Below, in pieces: positions 28,130-35,759 of a DNA stretch of 64,000 bases; positions within the stretch are counted from its first letter, which is position 1; each line of letters starts with the position of its first letter. Under the pieces are notes generated by a model. The model worked only from the letters and a program-made list of their open reading frames with translations, was not told where the DNA came from and did no database searches. The translations under genes and the position numbers were made by a program. The stretch is from Chloroflexota bacterium (GTDB taxonomy: Bacteria; Chloroflexota; UBA6077; JACCZL01), in assembly GCA_030447245.1 (NCBI GenBank), contig JAUJPG010000011.1, positions 67,079 to 131,078 of the forward strand, read 5' to 3'.

Positions 28130-29575
28130 CCAGCAAGAATGTCCGCTTGGTGCGCCAGCAAGAATGGGGAGGCGGGCAGATGCGGTTCACAGCAGCGATG
28201 GTTGGACGGCGCAGTTATGTGGTGGTCGAGCTGGTTCGGGAGGGGCTGCTGAGCCAAGGGGAGGCGGCGGCGGAGCTGGCCTGTCGGCGCGCCAGGTCCG
28301 TCGATTGCGCGCCGGGCTGGAGGGGGTCGGCGGGGAGGCGGGGGCGTTGGGCTATCAGCGGCGGCATCAGCGCCGAATCGGCTAGGCGCGGAGGTGTGGC
28401 GGCGGCGCGGGCGGTCCAGGCGGCGCACCCGCGCTGGAGCGCGCAAGCGATCTGGGAAGAGCTGGAGGCCGCGGGCAGGAGCCGCTGCCGAGCCTGCGCA
28501 CGCTCAGCCGCTGGCTGGGCCTGTGGCGGGCCGGGCCCGGGGACGCCCGGGGCCGCGGCCGGGCGCGGCGGTTCGAGGCCGCGGGGCCGCTGGAGCTGGT
28601 CCAGATGGACACCACCAGCGGGCAGTGGCTCGCAGGCCGTCGGATGGCCTACGTGATCGCTGCTGGACGACTACTCGCGGGCGATCCTGGCCGCCCGGGG
28701 CGGTCACGGCCGACTCGAGCTGGCAGAACCTGCGGGTGCTGGAGCAAGGCGTGGGCGGTACGGGCCGCCGCGGGTGCTGTACAGCGACAACGGCTCGATC
28801 TTCCGCACCACGCGCCACGGCGGCAGCCGCTTCTTCGTCTATCGTCCCGAGGTGCTGGCCGCGAGGCGCCGACCCAGCTGGCGCGCGCGCTCGGCGAGCT
28901 GGGCGCGGTGCTGCTGACCCACACCCCCGGGCAACGCCCGCGCCAAGGCAAGCTGGAGCGCTGAACCGCTTCTTCCAAGAGCGGGTGCTCGCCGACGGGC
29001 CCTACCCGAGCGTCGCGGCGCTCGACGCCGCCCTGCAGGCCTGGGTCGCCCACTACAACGCCCGCCATCGCCACCGCCGGACTGCCTGCGTCCCGGCGGC
29101 ACGCCTGGCTGGGCACGTCCGCCGCCCACTGCCGCCGGGACCCGCCCGCTCGGCGACGTGTGCGCCCTGCGCGAGACCCGCAAGGTCGCCAAGGACCACA
29201 CCATCTCGCTCGACGGCGTGACCTATGGCCTGCCCCGCGAGCCAAACCTGGTCGCCTACACGGTCGAGCTGCGGATCCGACCGCCAGAGCGTCCGCGTCT
29301 GGCACGCCGACCGCTTCGTCGCCGAGCTGCCACACGACGCGCCCGCGCCCCGGGACGGCCTCAGCGTCGACGACCTGCTCGGTCGCATCCTGCCCCAGCT
29401 GAGCCCAAGCAACCCCGCCGCAGGGGCGCCACCGGCGGCTCGCGGCCGCCGCCCAGGTGGGGCCCGTCCAGCAGGACGAACGAGCTTTGAAGGAGGGAGG
29501 TAAGGACCGCCGTTTCCCCGAGCGGAGCGGACATTCTACCTGGCGTAAGAATGCGGACATTCTACGTGGCGTACT
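28130..29575. mobile_element. Degenerate IS element (rve/DDE integrase-core transposase, IS481-like) with imperfect terminal inverted repeats
   Basis: Left end gccagcaagaatgtccgc (28137..) versus the reverse complement of the right end, gccaggtagaatgtccgc (29527..29547). Both ends carry tandem subterminal repeats. Interior encodes rve motifs. Confidence 0.6.
28147..29490 (+). pseudogene. Transposase (DDE/rve integrase core), multiply frameshifted
   Basis: LVQMDTTSGQWLAGRRMAYVIAA / DDYSRAILAARGG / LYSDNGSIF / RFFQERVLADGPYPSVAALDAALQAWVAHYNARHRHRRT / DHTISLDGVTYGLPRE are spread over all three forward frames. Confidence 0.6.
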
Positions 29576-29950
29576 ACAGGCGGGAGTCGATGGTAGAGAT
29601 TTCGATCATCAGCCCTAGCGTTGTGGGCGGCGTCGAGGGCTGGCAGTGGGAGTATCGTGAAAGGTACCGGCCCTGCGCCATGGCGGGGCCGAGACGGCCA
29701 GAAGGGTGAGCCATGTGCGCGGTCGTACGGCGACGCCCCAAGTGAGGTCAACGCGACCTGTCCGGATGACACGGGGGACACCAACCGAACGGGGGCGACG
29801 ACCTGCCGCACAGACTTGTCTGATGAACACCGGGCGTGACCCTTCTGACGAGGACGGGCAGAGGGAGAGAGTCATGGAGCTACTGGCACGGACCGTTATC
29901 GAGCCCGTGCGAGATAGCGCTGCTGTGCGGTGGTGAAGGGAGACAGAAGG

Positions 29951-30220
29951 ATGGCTATTGGCGTGATCTTCGAGGGCCAGATTACCCAGGCGCAGTACGA
30001 CCAGGTCGGCAACGAGGTCGCTCCAGGCAATTCCCCGCCGTCAGGCATGCTGTACCGCGCGGGCGGACCGAGCGAGAACGGCTGGTGCGTCATCGAAGTC
30101 TGGGAATCGAAGGAAGCGGCCCAGCAGTTCTTCGACGCGAAGCTCGGCCAGGCGCTGCAGAAGGCCCAGATCTTGGTGCAGCCGAAGTTCTTCGAGGTCG
30201 TGAACATCATGAAGCCCTGA
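29951..30220 (+). CDS. Small alpha+beta barrel protein (ABM/Dabb-like), 89 aa
   Basis: RBS AGAAGGA then ATG at 29951. MAIGVIFEGQITQAQYDQV...WCVIEVWESKEAAQQFFDAKL. Confidence 0.45.
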   Translation: MAIGVIFEGQITQAQYDQVGNEVAPGNSPPSGMLYRAGGPSENGWCVIEVWESKEAAQQFFDAKLGQALQKAQILVQPKFFEVVNIMKP

Positions 30221-30315
30221 ACAACAGGGCACACAGCAGGCTGAGGATGGGGAGGCAATGCCTCTCCATCCCCCGTCCGGTGCGCGTGCCGCTGCGGGGT
30301 CGACCAGTGGAAGAG

Positions 30316-30516
30316 ATGTTCGTCCGATCCATCCTCGCTCTGCTCGTCGCCCTCACCGGAGCGCTTGGTGCTCCAGGCCAGGCAGCCGCCCAGCCCATCG
30401 ACGTCCACCCCGCCCTCGCGCCCGCATGGCACGCACTCACGACCCTCCGCACCGCCGACGGCCAGGACATCGGCTCGTACTTCGCGCTGATTGCCGAGGC
30501 GACGGGGTCTGCCTGA
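30316..30516 (+). CDS. Small secreted protein (66 aa) with signal peptide
   Basis: MFVRSILALLVALTGALGAPGQAAAQP...; low confidence. Confidence 0.25.
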   Translation: MFVRSILALLVALTGALGAPGQAAAQPIDVHPALAPAWHALTTLRTADGQDIGSYFALIAEATGSA

Positions 30517-31140
30517 CCGTTGCCCTACTCCCCGATAGAGCAGAGGCCGGCTTCGACCCGCGCGGCCAGCAAATAATTGTCAACCATGACCTGCTCGGCG
30601 CGGACCGGACGGCGCGGGCGGCGGTGGTGGGCCGTGCTGTGCGGCGTCTTAGGACGAGACGCCGCACTCCGATTGTGGCTGGAGAGGATCGGGCAGTGAG
30701 GCGAATGGCAGGGCCCTGGCAGAACTGCGGGCACTCTCGAATGAGGATCTGGGCGCCGAGCATGATGAGGTCGCACGCGGCACGCAGACGAACGTCAACT
30801 ACTATCTTGCGGAGCTCACTCGGCGCGATCAGGATCGGCAGACAAGGATCGTCGTTTGGTGCACGGTTGCCACCGCAATCATGACTCTGGTTATGACTAT
30901 GGCGACGATCGAGCTGTACATGAGGGGCTGAGTCCGGGCGGCTCCGCCTCCCGCCACGCCCCGTCGGGCTAGAGTTAGCGCCTGAGGCGCGCCACCCAAA
31001 TCCGGCCCGTCTACAACGACCCAGGCTGCAATGGCGGGGCAATACGGCCGGGCGGAGGGCGGCCGCTGTGCGCGCCGGCTTGCGGAGCCCCCGCGGCCGG
31101 CCTAGATTGGGCGCGATGCCCACCCGCCTCACCCTCGACG

Positions 31141-31443
31141 ACCTGGCCGCAATCGCAGGCGCTCCATCACACGCGACCCCTGCGCAGTTGGCCCGCCAGC
31201 TCAGCAAACCGGCGACCCTAGTAGGCCGGCCCGGTGTTCCCGAGCCGACTTGGCGGGCCGCTAGGCGAGAATCACGCCTTGGTCACCTGGCACCGCGCGC
31301 TCAAGGCCGCCGACCTTCCGAGGATTCGGATGCACGACCTCTGTCACACCAAGGGCACCCTGATGATCGACGAGGACGAGGAGCCGGTGGTCGTCCAGCG
31401 GACGCTGGGGCATGCCCAGCAGTCGGTCACCGCCGACCTCTAG
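31141..31443 (+). pseudogene. Tyrosine recombinase/phage integrase, C-terminal remnant only
   Basis: ...VFPSRLGGPLGENHALVTWHRALKAADLPRIRMHDLCHTKGTLMIDEDEEPVVVQRTLGHAQQSVTADL* carries the HxxR box and LGH box, but the final Tyr box is lost and the upstream frame is broken by stops. Confidence 0.6.
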
Positions 31444-31587
31444 GTGGGCAAGGTTCCGAACGCTCTCAAGAAGGCTGCCGAACGCCACGGCGAGCTGCTC
31501 GACCCTGACACCGCAGCAACCCGGTAGGTGCTGACGACGGCGTTGCTACATTCGCAGCTACAGAACGGACAAGAATCCCTGACACCC

Positions 31588-31626
31588 CATCTGTTGGCGG
31601 CCGCTTCTGGAGCCGATGGTCAGATT
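31588..31626. repeat. attR-like direct repeat (overlaps the 3' 19 nt of tRNA-Thr)
   Basis: Matches 25440..25477. Confidence 0.75.
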
Positions 31627-31682
31627 CGAACTGACGGCCTGCCGCTTACGAGGAGGCTGCTCTACCCCTGAGCTACATCGGC
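31608..31682 (-). tRNA. tRNA-Thr (anticodon CGT)
   Basis: Reverse complement folds as a cloverleaf: acceptor GCCGATG/CATCGGC, D-arm GCTC-AGGGGTA-GAGC, anticodon loop CTCGTAA, T-arm GTCAG-TTCGAAT-CTGAC, CCA encoded. There is one U-C mismatch in the anticodon stem. Confidence 0.8.
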
Positions 31683-31885
31683 AGCGTACGGGACGGTGAA
31701 CTGGTCGCCACCCAGCGAAAGCATACCAACAGCGCCGTGACGCAGGCCAGTCGCGCACAAGGGCTCTCACCGGGCTCGGCGCCGGCCCGAGAACGAGCGC
31801 TCGGCTACGATGGTCGCCTGGGGGGCCGGCTGCTGACGTTGAGAGATGGAACGTTGGTGTGACCGAGGGGTATGAGGAGGAGCCG

Positions 31886-32130
31886 ATGCTGCGCTACACG
31901 GTGCTGCTGTACCCGCGCGAGGAGCGCGAGGACTACGTCCTTGTACCATCGCTCCCAGACTACCTGACAGAAGGAGATACGGTCGAGGAGGCTCGGGCGA
32001 TGGCCCGTGATGCCATCTAAGGGTACGTCGAAGTACTCCGCGAGCGAGGCGTGGAGGTTCCAGTCGAGGATCGACCTCCCAGCGTCTCGGCGGTGGAAGT
32101 GGCGGCGTCCCGAGCGATGTCGGCGTAGTC
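31886..32130 (+). pseudogene. HicB-family antitoxin with in-frame TAA at codon 45
   Basis: RBS GAGGAGG. MLRYTVLLYPREEREDYVLVPSLPDYLTEGDTVEEARAMARDAI*GYVEVLRERGVEVPVEDRPPSVSAVEVAAS is a good match to HicB/UPF0150 on both sides of the stop. Confidence 0.55.
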
Positions 32131-32441
32131 GGACGGCCAGGCTGGCACGCATGCCTGGCCGCGATCGAGCGGCCGCGCGCACAACAGGTGGGCCACGTTC
32201 CCCGGAGTGGATTGGATCGGGTGCGGCCCGCGACCCGCTCGGCTCCTGGATCGCCCAAGGCACACCTGAGCGACCGCGTCGCAGTGAACAAGCTGATATA
32301 CTGCCTGGGCTGGTTTGTTTCGCCGGACGGCCGCCTGGCCGTGGCAGAGTGCCGCCGGGCTGCCGCCCCCCTCCGACGACGCGGCTGACGGAACCGCCAA
32401 GCTCGTTGTGAGGGTCCGCGCTGAGCTACGCCGACAAGACG

Positions 32442-32750
32442 TTGACCTGCCGCGAGTGCGAGCAGGGGTTTATCTTCACCCAGGCCGAGCAGGAGCTCTT
32501 CGCCACCCAGGGCTTTGAGCATCCACCGTCGCGTTGTGCTAGCTGTCGGGCGCTGCGTAAGGCCAGACGTGGCGGTGTTAGTGGGGCCAGCCCAGGTGTG
32601 GGCGGTCGCCGCGATCGCGAGATGTTCCCCGCGACCTGCTCCGGATGTGCGCAGGCCACACAGGTGCCGTTTCAGCCACGCGGCGACCGCCCGGTCTACT
32701 GTTCCGATTGCTTCTCGCGCGAGCGGGGCACGACGGCCTCGGCCAGCTAA
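32442..32750 (+). CDS. Zinc-ribbon domain protein (CxxC-x-FxFxxxEQxF...RCxxCR...CxxC...PVYCxxCF type)
   Basis: TTG start. LTCRECEQGFIFTQAEQELFATQGFEHPPSRCASCR...CSGCAQ...PVYCSDCF. Confidence 0.55.
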   Translation: MTCRECEQGFIFTQAEQELFATQGFEHPPSRCASCRALRKARRGGVSGASPGVGGRRDREMFPATCSGCAQATQVPFQPRGDRPVYCSDCFSRERGTTASAS

Positions 32751-32833
32751 GTTGCTCAATCAGGAATCGATGAGGATGAGGAACCGTCCGTCCGCCGCGC
32801 TCGGTATTCTGATCCAGTTTGAAGGGAGCCTAC

Positions 32834-33133
32834 ATGCCCAAGAAGACGAAACGCCGACCGTTCAAGCGCCGTCCGCAGGATCGCTCTGAGGAGATTGCCA
32901 ACCAGCAGCGTCGCATGGAGGCTGCCGCCCGCAGCCTGCTCGGTACGCGCTCGCCGGACCAGCTCCGAGCCGAGATGGTCGACCGCGAGACTCTGCTCGA
33001 CGAGGCGGACCGGGCCGCGCAAATGGAACCAAACCCCGTCAACCTGGCTCGATACCGGAATGCGCGCACAGAGCTGCAGGCAGCTCGGCGGGCGGTCCAG
33101 ATGGTCGATACCGAGGCGCCCAACGGCGTCTGA
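32834..33133 (+). CDS. Hypothetical basic/coiled-coil protein (99 aa)
   Basis: RBS GAAGGGAG then ATG at 32834. MPKKTKRRPFKRRPQDRSEE... Confidence 0.4.
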   Translation: MPKKTKRRPFKRRPQDRSEEIANQQRRMEAAARSLLGTRSPDQLRAEMVDRETLLDEADRAAQMEPNPVNLARYRNARTELQAARRAVQMVDTEAPNGV

Positions 33134-33203
33134 CGAAGGCTCCCCTTCGTATGGCCGCGCCGCCAGGTGCCTGGCGGCACGAAGTCGGCTGGCGGCCGCG
33201 CGG

Positions 33204-34484
33204 TCAGCCCAGACCCCGGATCTCTGCGAGGGCGGCATCGATCTCCTCCGGGCGGTTCACCAATCCGGGCGCAACCCGCGCGTAACTCCTCCCGTACGGG
33301 GTTGTCGTCGCAATGATCCGCCGTTCACGGAGACGCTGCACGACGGCGCGCGGCTCCAGGCCGCGCACGTCGAAGCAGACCATTCCGGCGGAGAGCTCCT
33401 CCGCCATCGGCGTGTGGAGGGTGACGTGGTCCATCGCAGCCACACCCTCCTTGAACTGGCGGTTCAAGCTGCGAATCCGCGTGGTGACGCGGGCCTTGCC
33501 GATGTGCTGATGAAGCTCGAAAGCCTGAGCGAGCGCCCAGCGGTGCTCGAACGAGTGAAAGCCGCCAGGCGTCATCGCGCCGCCAGGCGTGCCGTTGTCA
33601 GTGAACGACGGAATCGTCGGTGCCGCCGCCGACCAGGCCTCGGGTCGGGCCCAGATCAGACCCGTTCCTCGCGGGCCGAAGAGCCACTTATGGCAACCGG
33701 CGACGAAGAAGTCGCAGCCGAGGTCGGTAGGGGCCTGATCCTCAACCCCCAATCCGTGAACACCATCGATGCAGAGCAGCACGCGATCGGCGTCAGACCG
33801 CCCAGCGTTCGCGTCGCCTACGGCGTCGGCCATGCCGCGGACCGGCAGCTTCACGCCGGTGCTCGAGTGGACCCAGGTGGCGGCCACCACCCGCGTCCGC
33901 GGCCCGATCTCCCTCCTCAGGGCATCGACGATCTCCACCTCGGACGCGGTTGCGGGATCGCGGTAGAGCGGGATGGTGCGCAGTGCCGCACCGCTGCGCG
34001 CGGCCTTCGAGCGGAGCGCCTCGTGAGTGGCATAGAAATCATGCTGCGTGGTGAGGATCTCCTGGTCTGCACGCACATCAAGGCCGTTGTACAGGAGGCC
34101 CAGCCCCATCGTGGTGCTGTCAGTTAGGGCGATTGCCGCTGGGCGGCCGCCAAGGTAGGCGGCCGCCTGGCGAAGCACCTCGGCCTCCAGTCGGGGCCCA
34201 TGCTCCTGGAGGTAGTGGACCGGGTTCTCGTCCAGGCCACGCCGATGGGCCTCAATTGCGTTGCGGACCGGCGTCGGATGCGATGCCAGGTACAACCCGC
34301 CCAGGTGGATGTAGTCGCGGGTGAGGGCGAACTGGTCGCGGATGGCATCCCAGTTGTCCAGCCCGGCCTGGCGGCGATCGGGCGCGCCGGCCAGCCCGCT
34401 CTGCTGGGGCAGGCTTGGCAGGGCGCCGGCCGTGACCGCCAGGGCCGAGCGCGCCAGGAACTCGCGGCGGCTCGACCCGCTCAC
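33204..34484 (-). CDS. Class-V aminotransferase-fold PLP enzyme (cysteine desulfurase / isopenicillin-N epimerase-like) with twin-arginine signal peptide
   Basis: The GTG start overlaps the stop of the upstream gene (GTGA). MSGSSRREFLARSALAVTAGAL is a Tat motif; HKWLFGPRGTG is the PLP-lysine region. Confidence 0.8.
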   Translation of the reverse strand: MSGSSRREFLARSALAVTAGALPSLPQQSGLAGAPDRRQAGLDNWDAIRDQFALTRDYIHLGGLYLASHPTPVRNAIEAHRRGLDENPVHYLQEHGPRLEAEVLRQAAAYLGGRPAAIALTDSTTMGLGLLYNGLDVRADQEILTTQHDFYATHEALRSKAARSGAALRTIPLYRDPATASEVEIVDALRREIGPRTRVVAATWVHSSTGVKLPVRGMADAVGDANAGRSDADRVLLCIDGVHGLGVEDQAPTDLGCDFFVAGCHKWLFGPRGTGLIWARPEAWSAAAPTIPSFTDNGTPGGAMTPGGFHSFEHRWALAQAFELHQHIGKARVTTRIRSLNRQFKEGVAAMDHVTLHTPMAEELSAGMVCFDVRGLEPRAVVQRLRERRIIATTTPYGRSYARVAPGLVNRPEEIDAALAEIRGLG

Positions 34485-34855
34485 GTTGAGAGTCCGCTCG
34501 GGCCGGCGGTCGCCTCGTCGCGGAATAGGAAGCGCCCGAAGAATGGCCGGTTGTTAGCCACGAGGCGGTAGCCGATCTCGACGGCCCAGATCAGCGGCGG
34601 AGTCGAGAGGACGGCCGTGGTGCGTCGCCAGCCGGCCTGCTCGAGCGCGCAGAGCGCTGCTCGGCCGGCGCGGAGGACACGGCCTTCGGGAGTGATCACG
34701 TGCACCGCCCGCGCGCATGCTCGTCTGAGACGCGGCGTCATCGGCGGCGACGGCGCATCTTGATAGGGTACGAACCTCAGCCGCCCAGCCCGATCTTGTC
34801 GCCTGACCCAGACGACGCAGCGTCGTCAAAACGCTCACGCACCGTCCCAGAACAC
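34481..34855 (-). CDS. DUF393/DCC-family thiol-disulfide oxidoreductase with both CxxC cysteines encoded by in-frame TGA (candidate UxxU selenoprotein)
   Basis: Minus-strand frame reads (GTG)FWDGA-TGA-AF-TGA-RRCVVWVRRQDRAGRLRFVPYQDAPSPPMTPRLRR...LIWAVEIGYRLVANNRPFFG. It is collinear with the DUF393 consensus (lfYDGeCplCnrfvrfl.rrDr.g.lrF.plQs...), and the two TGAs (34835..34837 and 34826..34828 on the forward strand) fall exactly at the CxxC positions. The annotated-style ORF 34481..34741 is only the C-terminal 86 aa. Confidence 0.55.
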
Positions 34856-35024
34856 CCAGTAGCGCGGTTCGCCACGCCCGGCCGTCGATCAACGCTGTCG
34901 CTCCTCGGTCGCGGCGCGTGCTGCCGCGGACAGATGGTATCGCATCCTTCTCACACGTGTTTGTGGCTGATGGGAGTCACTATCCCGGCCAGGCCATGCC
35001 GGCCGGCCCGGGTTGGCCGGGCGA

Positions 35025-35759
35025 TCAGGGATGCGCTGGGCGATCAGTTGGAGCCGGGCGCGACGCCCGAGCGAACCGATAGCCCAGCCCACGTTCGGTG
35101 AGGATGAAGCGCGGCCGATCCGGGTCATCCTCGAGCTTGCTCCGCAGGCGACTGACGTACACCTTCAGGTAGTCGGACTGTTCGCGATATTCCTCCCCCC
35201 ACACTCGGGCCAGCAGTGCCTCGCGCGGCAGGACGTGACCCGCGTTCCGCACAAGGTGGTAGAGCACCCGGTACTCCAGCGTGGTCAATGGAACCGGAGC
35301 CCCGGACTTGGTGACCTCGTGACTGTCGAAGTTGATCGTGAGGTTGCCCAAGGTGAATGAGGGCGTAGCGCGGATCGGCGGTGCGAGCTCTGAGCGTCGC
35401 AGGATGGCCTTGATCCTGGCGAGCAACTCGAGCGGACTGAAAGGCTTGGTGACGTAGTCGTCGGCGCCAATCTCCAGACCGCGTACCTTGTCAAGCTCCT
35501 CGCCTCGCGCGGTGAGCATCAACACCGGGGTGTCAGAGACTGCGCGGATCCGGCGCAGCACTTCAAAGCCGTCCAGCCTCGGCAATCCCACGTCGAGCAG
35601 AACGACATCGGGCTGCTGCTCAAAAAAGACCTCTAGGCCCTGCTCCCCGTCGGTCGCGGTGATCACCTCGGCGGCCTGCCACTGGAGCTGCATGCCGAGG
35701 CCAAGGGCTTCGAGCAGGTCGTGGTCGTCGTCGACGATCAGGATCTTCATCGGCCACGA
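35025..35759 (-). CDS. OmpR/PhoB-family response regulator
   Basis: MKILIVDDDHDLLEAL...LDVGLPRLDGFEVLRRIR...winged-helix C-terminus (VYVSRLRSKLEDDP...GYRF). Confidence 0.85.
   Translation of the reverse strand, partial: SWPMKILIVDDDHDLLEALGLGMQLQWQAAEVITATDGEQGLEVFFEQQPDVVLLDVGLPRLDGFEVLRRIRAVSDTPVLMLTARGEELDKVRGLEIGADDYVTKPFSPLELLARIKAILRRSELAPPIRATPSFTLGNLTINFDSHEVTKSGAPVPLTTLEYRVLYHLVRNAGHVLPREALLARVWGEEYREQSDYLKVYVSRLRSKLEDDPDRPRFILTERGLGYRFARASRPAPTDRPAHP

Larger units (their letters stand above)
25440..31626. mobile_element. Degraded tRNA-Thr-associated genomic island (~6.2 kb)
   Basis: Bounded by the 38-bp direct repeats. The intact tRNA-Thr sits at the right end, immediately preceded by a tyrosine-integrase C-terminal remnant. 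Contents are an IS element, ABM-barrel proteins and small secreted/membrane ORFs. Confidence 0.65.

Noticed and set aside
30437-31207. 256-aa minus-strand ORF and the 208-aa plus ORF (30258..30884) in the island
   Set aside because: Low-complexity R/A/P-rich translations without motifs; the region is more likely decayed integrase-proximal DNA.
32188-32388. 66-aa ORF as a HicA toxin partner for the HicB pseudogene
   Set aside because: Only a weak L..L..GW..V resemblance, with the GSH core absent. At most a decayed remnant; not called as a feature.
31767-32759. 330-aa minus-strand ORF spanning the HicB and zinc-ribbon region
   Set aside because: Arg/Pro-rich nonsense frame; the plus-strand HicB and zinc-ribbon readings have real family signatures.
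34481-34741. Treating the 86-aa ORF as the complete DCC-family gene
   Set aside because: It lacks the N-terminal CxxC half of the domain. That half is present in frame immediately upstream, interrupted only by two TGAs at the Cys positions.
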